From: a virus
Taxonomy: Duplodnaviria > Caudoviricetes
Virus record (IMG/VR): IMGVR_UViG_3300006188_000297
Location: 1-37,723 of that record
Length of the DNA stretch: 37,723 bases
Direction: 5' to 3' (one strand)
The translations under genes and the position numbers were made by a program. Numbering within the stretch: position 1 is the first letter of the stretch; every line of letters starts with the position of its first letter. The notes below the pieces were generated by a model. It saw only the letters and a list, made by a program, of their open reading frames with translations. It searched no databases and was not told where the DNA came from. Positions 1 through 8,760 of this stretch are shown here, piece after piece.

Positions 1-1098
1 GTGGCCAGCATCACCAAGATCGGCAACCGCTGGCGTGCGCTGGTGCGCCGCAAAGGGTATCCATCATATTGCAAGACGTTTGGCGTCAAGGCGCACGCCG
101 AGGCGTGGGCGCGGCGCATCGAGAGCGAGATAGACGGCGGCTCATCCCCGCGCGCCGAGGCGGTGCTGGGCAAAAAATTGACCGTGGCCAGAGTCATCGA
201 CACCTACGTGGAGATGCGCGAGCAGTCAGGCCGACCCATCGCGGAATCAGCAAGCGAGTACTTCCAGCTTGCCTGCCTGAAACGGCTGCTCGGCACCAGT
301 GATGCGGCAAACCTATCGGTAGACGATGTCGTGGGTTTCTGCCGGGTGCGCTCCGAAGAGGGCGCAGGCCTGTACACGATCAATATGGACGTGTCCAAGC
401 TCGGCACGGTGATGCGGTACGCGGCGCCCATGCTCAAAGTGAAGCTGCCCGACGTTGTGCACGAGGCCAGGCCGCTCCTGTCGCACCTGAAACTCATTGG
501 CGGCGGCGGCGTGCGATATCGCCGTGCAGAGGGCACGGAGCTGCCCGACATCCTGGCGCAGCTGGCGAAGCGGCGCGGCCAGCGGTATGCAGATGCTGTG
601 CAGTTCGCCGCGCTTACCACCATGCGGCGCAGCGAGTTCACGCGCATCGTCTGGGCCGATGTGGACGAGGCCAAGCGCCTGGTGCTGGTGCGCGATCGAA
701 AAGACCCGCGCAGCAAAAAAGGGAATAACCAATGGGTGCCCCTGTTGGGGCCGGCGTGGGATCTGCTGCAGGCCCAGCCCAGGGACGACGAGCACGGCCG
801 GATTTTCCCGCTGCACCCTCAGACCCTGAGCAAGTATTTCAAGGAGGCATGCACGGCCCTGGGCATCGACAACCTGCGGCTGCACGACATGCGCCACGAG
901 GGCACGAGCCAGCTATTCGAGGCGGGCTTTCAGGTGCCCGAGGTCGCCATGGTCACGGGCCATAAAAATTGGAAGCACCTCAAGCGGTACACGAATCTGC
1001 GGCCGGAGATGTTGCACGAAGGGCCGGCCGCTGTGCGTGCGGCGAACCAGGCCAGTGCGAAGAAGAAGAGCGAAGACGATACACAGGCCGAGGGCTGA
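1..1098 (+). CDS. int: Phage integrase (tyrosine recombinase)
   Basis: N-terminal arm-binding-like MASITKIGNRWRALVRRKG; catalytic motifs TTMRRSE, LHDMRHE, TGHK, KRYT. Confidence 0.93.
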   Translation: MASITKIGNRWRALVRRKGYPSYCKTFGVKAHAEAWARRIESEIDGGSSPRAEAVLGKKLTVARVIDTYVEMREQSGRPIAESASEYFQLACLKRLLGTSDAANLSVDDVVGFCRVRSEEGAGLYTINMDVSKLGTVMRYAAPMLKVKLPDVVHEARPLLSHLKLIGGGGVRYRRAEGTELPDILAQLAKRRGQRYADAVQFAALTTMRRSEFTRIVWADVDEAKRLVLVRDRKDPRSKKGNNQWVPLLGPAWDLLQAQPRDDEHGRIFPLHPQTLSKYFKEACTALGIDNLRLHDMRHEGTSQLFEAGFQVPEVAMVTGHKNWKHLKRYTNLRPEMLHEGPAAVRAANQASAKKKSEDDTQAEG

Positions 1099-1112
1099 GC
1101 CCTCGACCTGGC

Positions 1113-1334
1113 CTACAGCGCTGCGCGCGAGCGGCAATTGTCGATGTACTCGGCCACGTCGCGGTAGTCCGCAAACCGCTTGCCGCCGTCTTTGTACGTG
1201 GGGATGGGCAAATCGCCGTCACTGATGCGGTTCAGCAGCGCGCCCGGGGTGATGTTCAGCAGCGCGGCCAGCTGCTTGGAGTCCAGCCGCATGCCGTACT
1301 TTTCCACCACGATCATTTGCGTTACCAGGCTCAT
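1113..1334 (-). CDS. Excisionase/AlpA/PrtN-like winged HTH protein, 73 aa
   Basis: MSLVTQMIVVEKYG...LAALLNITPGALLNRISDGDLPIP; GAGG SD; ATGA overlap with upstream gene; convergent on int. Confidence 0.75.
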   Translation of the reverse strand: MSLVTQMIVVEKYGMRLDSKQLAALLNITPGALLNRISDGDLPIPTYKDGGKRFADYRDVAEYIDNCRSRAAL

Positions 1335-1795
1335 GCTGGCACCTCCTCTTGTGCGGGTTGGACGATGGCATCGGCCCGGATGGTGCCGGCCAGGATGCAC
1401 GCTGCCAGCTGGTGCGCGCCGTCGAACACTTGGGCAGCGATATCGCCGTTTTCGACCAGCAAATCGGCGGACAGGTCCGCAGCTGTCGCCAGCTGCGCGG
1501 CCCATGCCGAGTCCCAGCGGTCGCCATCGCAGGCCATCTGCACCACCACGGCCAGGGAGTGGTGCAGGCCGTGCGCGTTGCGCGCTTCGGGTGGCAGGCG
1601 GGCCGCCACTTCGGCGCCGATGCCCACCAGCTTGGCCAGGTATGCCAGCAGCTCCCGCTGCTCGCTGCCGTGGCTGGCCATCAGCATGGCCACTGACTTT
1701 TCGCGCAGCTCGCGGGCCATTGCACGCATGGCGCTGCCGCGCCAGATGGGCGCGCTGTGGGGGTTGTAGTGCTTGCGCTTTGTGTGCTTTTTCAT
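1331..1795 (-). CDS. Hypothetical phage protein, 154 aa
   Basis: MKKHTKRKHYNP... start overlaps the MTase stop (ATGA); coupled at both ends. Confidence 0.75.
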   Translation of the reverse strand: MKKHTKRKHYNPHSAPIWRGSAMRAMARELREKSVAMLMASHGSEQRELLAYLAKLVGIGAEVAARLPPEARNAHGLHHSLAVVVQMACDGDRWDSAWAAQLATAADLSADLLVENGDIAAQVFDGAHQLAACILAGTIRADAIVQPAQEEVPA

Positions 1796-3459
1796 GCCGT
1801 TGTCCCCATGGCCAGCCCCAGGGCAATCGGCCGCACCCATACCGGCTGCGCCGAGAGGATGAACGTTTCGCCGCTCAACGCGAGCAGCAGCGTTTCGCCC
1901 ATGACGTGGGCGATGGCTTCGCCGGCCTCGCTGGGCACGGCATTGCCGATGCGCTCGCGCTTGGCCTGGTCGCTGGTGCCGTCCAGTTCCAGCAGCTCGT
2001 CGGGTTCGACCAGGCTCTGCAGGTGCGCCAGCTCCAGGGTGGTGAAAGGGCGGTGCCATGTGCCGTCCTCGGACACGATGCGGCACACGAGCTTGTCAGC
2101 AGCTGCCGGCATGCGCGGATCTGCCACGCTCCAGCGGCCGTTGTCGTGGCATGCCGCGCCGCTGACGGCGCCGGCCTGGCTGTCCCACGGCACCACGCCG
2201 TAATGGCCGCCCGTGGTGTACGCGGTGCGCTCGGCGTCCATGCCGCTGCGCGGGTCGGCCACAGCAAACGCGCCCTGGCCGGTGGTGCTGCCGCTGATGA
2301 CGGTGCCGGCGTGCGTGCCGTAGGGCGTCACGGCGTACTTGCCGAAGCTGGGGCCATCGCGACGCGGATCTGCCACCGCCTGGCCGGTGCCGTGGGCACT
2401 GGTCACGGCCATGGCGGCACGGTCCCAGCGCACCACGCGGTACTCGTTGGAGTGCTTTGCAGGGCCGTGGTGGCGCGGGTCGGCCACTGCGAAATTGCCG
2501 CAGCTCGGCCGCCCCTTGCCGGTCACGGTGGAGCTGTGCCGGGTCCAGTCCTGCACGCCCAGCATGCCGGCGTGCATCTCGGGCACGATCAGATAGTCCC
2601 GCAGCGTGCCGTCCTCGACGGCCAGGCGGTTGAGGCTGCGCCAGTCGCTGCCGGCCTGCACAAAGGCCAGGCGTACCCACGTTTTCCACTGCAGGCTGGG
2701 CACGCGGTGCATGGGGCCGGCGCGCAGGTCGCCGGGCAGGGGCATGCGGCCCAGCACATCGCCCACGGCGCGCAGCGGCTTGCTGCGTGGCTGGTAGAGG
2801 AACGAGGGCACTTTTTCGGCGTGGCGGGCCACCAGCAAGAAGCGGCGGCGGCTCTGCGCCAGGCCACCGATTTCGCCGCAGTCGTGCGTCGTCTCTGCCA
2901 CGGCATAGCCGTAGGCGCGCAGCAAGGCCACGATCTGGTCCAGCAGGTGCCGGCCGCGCGTGGCGATGCGCGGCACGTTCTCGAAAATCACCAGCTCGGG
3001 CGGGTCATCGCTCCAGGCCTCCAGCATCAGCCACACGCCGCGCAGCGTCAGGCGGTTGAGGGCCTGGTACTTGTCGGTCTTGCTCTTGCCTTCGGACAGC
3101 AGGCCGCTGAATCCCTTGCAGGGAGCGGACAGGAAAACGATGTTCGGCCGTTCGCCACCAGCTGCGCGCTGGATATCCGCGGCTGTGGCTTCGCGCCAGT
3201 CCGCTGGCGGCTCGGCGCCGTGGAACGTGCGGTATTGCTCGCGGTCGAACAGGTCCAGCACGGTGCCGGGCACGCCGGCCAGGCGGCCGAAGTCGCGGAT
3301 GCTGGCCGGGTCCACGTCGATGCCGCCCAGGCAGCGGAATTTCGCCTGCAGGTTGCCCACTCGGGGGCTGGCGCGGTTGAAGCCACGCGCGCCGCCGCCG
3401 AGGCCGCAGAACAGATGGAAGTGGCGGATTTCCACGGGGGTGGTGGTTTGCATGGTCAT
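1792..3459 (-). CDS. C5-cytosine DNA methyltransferase, 555 aa, with repeated variable region
   Basis: Motif I FHLFCGLGG, IV SAPCKGFS, VI FENV, VIII QSRRR, X IGNAVP; GGGAG SD and ATGA overlap at 3456-3459. Confidence 0.92.
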   Translation of the reverse strand: MTMQTTTPVEIRHFHLFCGLGGGARGFNRASPRVGNLQAKFRCLGGIDVDPASIRDFGRLAGVPGTVLDLFDREQYRTFHGAEPPADWREATAADIQRAAGGERPNIVFLSAPCKGFSGLLSEGKSKTDKYQALNRLTLRGVWLMLEAWSDDPPELVIFENVPRIATRGRHLLDQIVALLRAYGYAVAETTHDCGEIGGLAQSRRRFLLVARHAEKVPSFLYQPRSKPLRAVGDVLGRMPLPGDLRAGPMHRVPSLQWKTWVRLAFVQAGSDWRSLNRLAVEDGTLRDYLIVPEMHAGMLGVQDWTRHSSTVTGKGRPSCGNFAVADPRHHGPAKHSNEYRVVRWDRAAMAVTSAHGTGQAVADPRRDGPSFGKYAVTPYGTHAGTVISGSTTGQGAFAVADPRSGMDAERTAYTTGGHYGVVPWDSQAGAVSGAACHDNGRWSVADPRMPAAADKLVCRIVSEDGTWHRPFTTLELAHLQSLVEPDELLELDGTSDQAKRERIGNAVPSEAGEAIAHVMGETLLLALSGETFILSAQPVWVRPIALGLAMGTTA

Positions 3460-4340
3460 GCTCCCTTGGCTGTTGCCAGCAGCGCGCGCACGGTGTCCGC
3501 TGTGTACCAGGGGCCGGCACCGGGATCGATGGTGTAGCCGCGCAGTCCCTCCGCATCGCGCCAGAGGTCGGGATTGGGCAGCTCCACGGACTGAGCTGCA
3601 GGCGATTCCAGGGCGGGCGTGGCCGGTTGCTGGTCGAACATCCCCCACGATTGAGCGGCGCCGTACAGCGCAGCCAGCCATTCCAGCTCGGCGGCAATCG
3701 CTCCGTTGTTCGGGCGATAGGAGCAGGCCTTCACGAGCTGCAGTCGGTCCACGATCTCGCTCAGGAGCCAGCGCACTTTTATCTCGGCGGCACGCGCCTG
3801 GTGAGGGATGGGCTCGATGCGAATGCCACGGCGGTCAGCCGTGGTCAGCTGTGCTTTGAGTTTGGCCAAGTCGGCGGGCTCAAGGTCGATGTCGCAGACC
3901 ATGGCGCCGCCGATGTAGGCCATCGTCTCCAGCTCGGCCGCGCGCCAGGCGGCAGCCCACAAGGCCAAGTACTCCATGGGGGCCGCTTTGGTATCGCGCG
4001 ATTCCCGGCCGAAGCGGATATCGAAGGCCCTCCGCATGGCAATGGTCCGCCCGTCGGCCGGCTGGTCCAGCGCCACGCCCGACACGCGGTCTGCCGCGCG
4101 CTGCAGCGCGTCGATGGTGGATGACAGCTCGCGTTGCTTCTCCAGTAGTGCCTCGTCGCCGGGCTGGCGTTCGAGGTGCGCCAGGACTTGCACCAGCTCT
4201 TCGTGGTGCTGCTCGATCAGCACGGGCAGCGGCGGCGCCATGCAGGTGATGATGACGCCGAACCCCTGGCCGTGCTTTTCCCGCAGCGCCCGAATGAGTT
4301 CTGGAGCGACTTCGCTTTCTTGGATGTAGACGATTTGCAT
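3456..4340 (-). CDS. Hypothetical phage protein, 294 aa
   Basis: Long ORF tiling the early operon, 3 nt after previous stop and coupled to MTase. Confidence 0.7.
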   Translation of the reverse strand: MQIVYIQESEVAPELIRALREKHGQGFGVIITCMAPPLPVLIEQHHEELVQVLAHLERQPGDEALLEKQRELSSTIDALQRAADRVSGVALDQPADGRTIAMRRAFDIRFGRESRDTKAAPMEYLALWAAAWRAAELETMAYIGGAMVCDIDLEPADLAKLKAQLTTADRRGIRIEPIPHQARAAEIKVRWLLSEIVDRLQLVKACSYRPNNGAIAAELEWLAALYGAAQSWGMFDQQPATPALESPAAQSVELPNPDLWRDAEGLRGYTIDPGAGPWYTADTVRALLATAKGA

Positions 4341-4343
4341 GGC

Positions 4344-4547
4344 TCAGGCTTCCAGGCGTTCAACGCGCAGCACGGGGCGGCCGGTGGCCAGGTGCGCCAG
4401 ATTGATGGCCGCGCTGGCGGTTGGCGCGCTCAGGTTGTGGGTGGGCAGCAGGCCGGCGTCGGCCAGCTGCTCCAGCTCGGCGGCCTCGATGTGCGGCGGA
4501 ATGACGGTGGCGCGATAGGTACGCATGGCGGTGGTGGCGTGTTGCAT
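4344..4547 (-). CDS. Hypothetical protein, 67 aa
   Basis: Fits operon tiling; start could be 4526. Confidence 0.65.
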   Translation of the reverse strand: MQHATTAMRTYRATVIPPHIEAAELEQLADAGLLPTHNLSAPTASAAINLAHLATGRPVLRVERLEA

Positions 4548-4579
4548 GGTGGTTCTCGGGGTGGTTGGTGGTTGCGGGG

Positions 4580-4810
4580 TCAGCCGACCAGGCGCAGCTG
4601 GGCAGGGTTGGTGTCGGGGGTCACGGCGCGGGGTTTGCGCTGGCGGCGGGGCTTGGCCAGGGCGGCCAGGCGCTCGCGTTCGGCGGCAAACACTTCGGCC
4701 AGGCGTTCCGTGGTGGTGCCGGCCGCGTTGACGTAGCCGCCGTGCAGCGGGCGGGCCCAGCAGTGCACGCGGGGCTCGGTGCGGCGGGCGGCGAGGGTGA
4801 TTTCGGGCAT
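4580..4810 (-). CDS. Hypothetical protein, 76 aa
   Basis: Strong SD AAGGAGG upstream; fits operon tiling. Confidence 0.7.
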   Translation of the reverse strand: MPEITLAARRTEPRVHCWARPLHGGYVNAAGTTTERLAEVFAAERERLAALAKPRRQRKPRAVTPDTNPAQLRLVG

Positions 4811-4831
4811 GGGGTGGCCTCCTTTGCGGGA

Positions 4832-6754
4832 TCAGCGGGAAAAAACGGGGGAAGGGGTGGCGGTGGCGGGCCGGTAGAGCACCGAATCCGGGCTGTTGGG
4901 ACTGCTCCAGTCCTCTGCCTCGTGCCGGCCGCGCCCGAAAAGGGCTCGCAGCGTCTCGCCGCGCAGGCGGGCCGTACAGTTATTGAAACCAGTCCAAGGG
5001 CGCGCCAGCGGCGCGCGGTCAGCGCCCATCGCAAGCGCCTTGCCGCTATCGGCATCCGTGCACGTTGCGGGGTCGAAAGTCTCGGTTTCCTTGGCCACGC
5101 TGCGCCATGAAATGCGGCGCGACACCAGCCAGCGGCCGGCCCGGGTTTCCAGGCCCACCACGCGGCCCTGGCCCGGTGCAATCTCTTCGCCGTACTGATT
5201 CACGGCGCCGGCCGGCACGGGGCGGCGGGCAATGCTCAGGTGCCAGCGGCCACGGCCCACGCAGTGGCCGCCCATGGCCTCCATGTAGCGGCGCCAATCG
5301 GCCTTGATGTCCTCGCTGTGCTTGTGGCACGCGCCCCAGGCCTGCCAGGTGGCGCGGTCGCCGTCCAGGCGCATGGTTTCGATCTGGTCCTTGCCCACGC
5401 GGCGCAGCTCGCGCCACACGCACACGCTGGGCATGCCAATGGCTTGGAACTGGCGAATGCCCCAGCACGCGGCCCAGGCGTCTACGCGGCGGTGGCCGGG
5501 CATATCGCCCTGCTCCACGTCCCACAGCTGGCCTTGCACCACATCCAGGTGGTCAGCCAGGGCCGCATGGCCCACGCTCTTGGCGATGTACTTGGCCACA
5601 TAGCCGGCCGCGCCGCCCGTAGTCATGCGCTTCACGTTCACCCGGTTCTTGGCCGCGCCGCGCTCGTCGCCATCGTCTTTCAGCCACCACTTACGGATTG
5701 CGGCCTCGATGTGCTGGGCGTGGGCCTCGCACTCGGCCCAAACCAGGGCGTGCCAGTGCGGCGTGGCGTCGTGGTGGGGCTCGGCCACGCGAATGCCGTA
5801 CATGGCAATGCCCACATTGCTCAGGTGCGCGCGCACGCACGCCCACTTGTCGCGCAGCCACATCTGGGCATCGCGCGGCGTGCTCACGCCGTCATAGCGC
5901 GGATTGGGGCGGGGCCGGCCACCGCTGCCCAGCGTCACGGCGTGGAAGCGGCTGGGCGCGGTCAGCGTCAGGAACAGGCCCACATGGTTGCGGGCGTCTG
6001 CATATTCCTCGGCGCCACGGATGCGCGTCATCAGCTCGCCGCCGCGAATCACCGGGTTGGACGGGGACAGGGCCGCCAGCTCGGCCAGGGTGAAGACCTG
6101 CCCGGCCTCGTTCTTGAACAGCGAGCGCTCCAGCGCCTTGGCGTTGCGCTCCACCTGCGCCGTGCGGCGGCGCACCGTGGCATTGCTGGCATAGCCGCCC
6201 GCAAAGCGGTTGACCACGCCCAGCTTGACGGCGCCGGCTTCCACCGTGCGCGTCACATGCTTGCGCAGCAGGCGCCGCCACCAGGCCGAATCCATGGCAC
6301 GCCGGATGGCAGGCTCACCCACCAGCGGCGCGGACTCCTGCACGCCCATCATGCGCAGCATCAGGCGGACCAGGTCCACGCGCGCCGGCAGGTCCATGGC
6401 CTGGGCCTGGGCGCCCGAATCCAGCTCGGCCACCTCTTCGGCCAGGCGCTTTGCCATGGCGCATATCTCGTAGTCGCTCAGATTCCACTCGGCCGCATTG
6501 CCGTGGCGCGCTGCAAAGTCGTCAATGGCCACCAGCGCGTCGAAGCAGGCCGCCCACTCGGGCAGATTGCCCGCGCCCAACTTGCCCAGGCCCATGGCGC
6601 GGATGGGCTGCAGCCACTGCGGCGGCAATGCCTTCTCCAGCGCCTGCATGGCGGCTTGCACCATGTGCGGGCGGGGCTTGTGGCGCTTCCACTCCTGTTG
6701 CGACGCAGTGCGCAGGCGGCGGCCGGTGGGCTTGGCGTTGAGCAGCGGGGACAT
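4832..6754 (-). CDS. A: P2 gpA-like rolling-circle replication initiator (HUH endonuclease)
   Basis: FLTLTAPSRFH, EPHHDATPHWH (HUH), YVAKYIAK (two catalytic Tyr), WGIRQFQ, PWTGFNNC. Confidence 0.95.
   Translation of the reverse strand: MSPLLNAKPTGRRLRTASQQEWKRHKPRPHMVQAAMQALEKALPPQWLQPIRAMGLGKLGAGNLPEWAACFDALVAIDDFAARHGNAAEWNLSDYEICAMAKRLAEEVAELDSGAQAQAMDLPARVDLVRLMLRMMGVQESAPLVGEPAIRRAMDSAWWRRLLRKHVTRTVEAGAVKLGVVNRFAGGYASNATVRRRTAQVERNAKALERSLFKNEAGQVFTLAELAALSPSNPVIRGGELMTRIRGAEEYADARNHVGLFLTLTAPSRFHAVTLGSGGRPRPNPRYDGVSTPRDAQMWLRDKWACVRAHLSNVGIAMYGIRVAEPHHDATPHWHALVWAECEAHAQHIEAAIRKWWLKDDGDERGAAKNRVNVKRMTTGGAAGYVAKYIAKSVGHAALADHLDVVQGQLWDVEQGDMPGHRRVDAWAACWGIRQFQAIGMPSVCVWRELRRVGKDQIETMRLDGDRATWQAWGACHKHSEDIKADWRRYMEAMGGHCVGRGRWHLSIARRPVPAGAVNQYGEEIAPGQGRVVGLETRAGRWLVSRRISWRSVAKETETFDPATCTDADSGKALAMGADRAPLARPWTGFNNCTARLRGETLRALFGRGRHEAEDWSSPNSPDSVLYRPATATPSPVFSR
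4974..5004 (-). other. Putative rolling-circle origin (gpA nick site) inside gene A
   Basis: Minus strand GCGCCCTTGGACTGGTTTCAATAACTGTAC resembles P2 ori GCGCCTCGGAGTCCTGTCAATAACTGT, which also lies in the 3' part of A. Confidence 0.75.
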
Positions 6755-6756
6755 AG

Positions 6757-7170
6757 CTAGTTCCGCAGGGTGAGCGAGCGCAGCCCGGCCATCTCATCAG
6801 CCAGATAGCGAATCTGCGCCTTGATCGCGGCGCGCTCGGGCGGTGGCAGCTCGCGCCATTCGCGGCGGGCCAGCTCTTCCATTTCGCCCTCGATGCCCGC
6901 CAGCAGCACAGCCGTCATGCGGGTGCTGATGTGCAGGCCGGTCCACTCGCGCGCCTCGGCATCGCTCCAGCGGCCATTGCTGGCACGGCGCACGGCGTCG
7001 TCCTTGAGCATGCGCAGGCGGGCGCGGCATTCCTCCGGGCTCAGGCCCGCGAATTCGGGCGCCACGGGCGGCGGCGGCAGTCGGCGCAGGGCCGGCGCCA
7101 TCGCGGGCGGCTGGCTGTGCAGTGCCACCAGGCGCTGAAACTCGGGCGCGGACAGGTCGGCCAGATTCAT
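6757..7170 (-). CDS. Hypothetical protein, 137 aa
   Basis: Coupled ORF directly upstream of A. Confidence 0.7.
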   Translation of the reverse strand: MNLADLSAPEFQRLVALHSQPPAMAPALRRLPPPPVAPEFAGLSPEECRARLRMLKDDAVRRASNGRWSDAEAREWTGLHISTRMTAVLLAGIEGEMEELARREWRELPPPERAAIKAQIRYLADEMAGLRSLTLRN

Positions 7171-7325
7171 CGGGCACCCCTGCGCAGGCGCACGGCGGTC
7201 AGGAACCAGGGCAGGCCGTAGATGCGTTCCACGGCGGCCTGGGCGGCGGCGCGGTTGGCGGCGCTGAGCACCATGCGGCGGCGCACATGCAGCGCGTCAA
7301 CATGGGTCACGGCGTATTGGCTCAT
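7167..7325 (-). CDS. Hypothetical protein, 52 aa (MSQYAVTHVD...)
   Basis: ATGA overlaps at both ends. Confidence 0.6.
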   Translation of the reverse strand: MSQYAVTHVDALHVRRRMVLSAANRAAAQAAVERIYGLPWFLTAVRLRRGAR

Positions 7326-7732
7326 GCCGCACCCCCTTGCGCCCCGGACCCAGCTGCGCGCGGGTCCACGTAGAACGCCAGATGCAGGCCACCCAGGTCC
7401 AGCTCCACGGCAAAGCCGCCATCCTTGAAGGCGGCCTTGTTGCGGGCCTTGCCGCCCATGCCCATCAGGGCCTGCAGCATGCGGCCGTTGCGGGCGCGGT
7501 CCTGGCCGCCGTGAATGAACAGGCCGCCGATGTTGGCGCACTCATGGCCGCCCAGCTCCACGCCGGCCGCGCGCAGGGCGGGCAGGTGCTGCTGCAGCCG
7601 CTGCAGGTCGCTGGCGAGGCCGTCAATTTCCTTGAGCCGCGCAGCGTGCCGGGTGTGCTCGGCCCGCAGGGCCTCATCCACCAGGGTGATCTGCTGCGCG
7701 GGCCGGGGCCTGCGGAGTTCAAAGAATTGCAT
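7322..7732 (-). CDS. Hypothetical protein, 136 aa
   Basis: GAGGA SD; fits operon. Confidence 0.7.
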   Translation of the reverse strand: MQFFELRRPRPAQQITLVDEALRAEHTRHAARLKEIDGLASDLQRLQQHLPALRAAGVELGGHECANIGGLFIHGGQDRARNGRMLQALMGMGGKARNKAAFKDGGFAVELDLGGLHLAFYVDPRAAGSGAQGGAA

Positions 7733-7847
7733 TGCGTCCTCTCGGGGTTGCGTTTTTCAGGGTGAGCACGTCCCGCAGGGCCTTCTTTCAGGCTCCACAG
7801 GAACAGGGGGAACGGGGCGGGTCAGGGCAGGGCGCGCGGCCCTGGTG

Positions 7848-8396
7848 TCAGTCCGCTGGCGGGCTGGTGCCGAACAGCTCCAGGGTGCTGGGCGCGGTCT
7901 GGGTGGTGCGGTAGTCCGATGGCTGGGCGCATGCCAGCTGCTCGCGCATCAGGTCGCGGCGCACATGGGTGCTCAGGGGCAGGCGCACCGTGGGGTTGGG
8001 CGTTGCGCTGGGGCTCAGGGTGCGCGTGATTTCCATCGTGGCGCTGAACGTGTGGCCGCACTCGAAGTTGGTGCAGGCAAAGGCGTATTCGCGCGTCAGG
8101 TTCGTGACCTGGTTGCTGCGGCGGATGGTGGCCGGGCTCTCGCAGTGCGGGCAGGCGATGCGGTGGAATTCGGATTTCAGGCGCGGGCCTTCGTCCTGTG
8201 CCTGGGCCTGCGTGTCGGCGGGTGTTTCCGGCTTGGCCAGGTTGTTACAGCCTTGCGCGCCTTTTCGCACAGTGGCGCGCGCCTTGGGGACGGGCTTGCC
8301 GGCCCGGTGGATTACACCCAGAGCGGCCTTGGTGAATCCAAGATTCGGCTGCGTGCCGAGCTGGGGCTGAAAGGGGTTTGCTGCTGCCTGTGCCAT
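7848..8396 (-). CDS. ogr: Ogr/Delta-family zinc-finger late transcription activator
   Basis: CPHC...IRRS...CTNFECGHTF...TLSPSA motif; start uncertain (long N-terminal extension). Confidence 0.88.
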   Translation of the reverse strand: MAQAAANPFQPQLGTQPNLGFTKAALGVIHRAGKPVPKARATVRKGAQGCNNLAKPETPADTQAQAQDEGPRLKSEFHRIACPHCESPATIRRSNQVTNLTREYAFACTNFECGHTFSATMEITRTLSPSATPNPTVRLPLSTHVRRDLMREQLACAQPSDYRTTQTAPSTLELFGTSPPAD

Positions 8397-8406
8397 GACC
8401 GGACTT

Positions 8407-8661
8407 TCAGCGCTGCTCGGCGGCGGTGGCGGTGCCGGTGTCGTTGCGGCCCAGCACGATGCGGCCGTGCTTGGCGTACTGCTCCATGCCCATGTTGTGG
8501 ATCATGCGGATGAAGTTGCTTGCGCTGCGGCCCTCGTGCTGGGCGCCGGCCCATGCGCGTTCCAGCTCTTCGCCGGTCAGCCGCAGGGGAATGGGTTTGG
8601 CGTGCATCAGGGGCTCGACCGTGGCCGAGCGATGGCGGGTTTGGTGCGCTGGGGTGGTCAT
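8407..8661 (-). CDS. Ribbon-helix-helix (Arc/CopG-like) DNA-binding protein in the Cox/Cro position
   Basis: KPIPLRLTGEELERAWAGAQHEGRSASNFIR pattern; first gene of operon divergent from repressor. Confidence 0.7.
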   Translation of the reverse strand: MTTPAHQTRHRSATVEPLMHAKPIPLRLTGEELERAWAGAQHEGRSASNFIRMIHNMGMEQYAKHGRIVLGRNDTGTATAAEQR

Positions 8662-8694
8662 GTAGTATCTGGAGCTAGGTTGTTACAAGGTGGC

Positions 8695-8760
8695 TCGATT
8701 TTTATCGACGAATGTCGAGTTGTCAACAGGAAAGTATCGGCACATGTCGAATTTTTGCGA
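8695..8760. promoter_or_regulatory. Lysis-lysogeny switch: operators TCGA-N6-TCGA and leftward early promoter
   Basis: TCGATTTTTATCGA 8695-8708, TCGACGAATGTCGA 8705-8718, TCGGCACATGTCGA 8737-8750, TCGAATTTTTGCGA 8747-8760; minus-strand TTGACA at 8726-8721 with TAAAAAT at 8704-8698. Confidence 0.65.

Noticed and set aside
1180-3537. 785-aa plus-strand ORF
   Set aside because: Antisense shadow of the methyltransferase operon in high-GC DNA; no motifs
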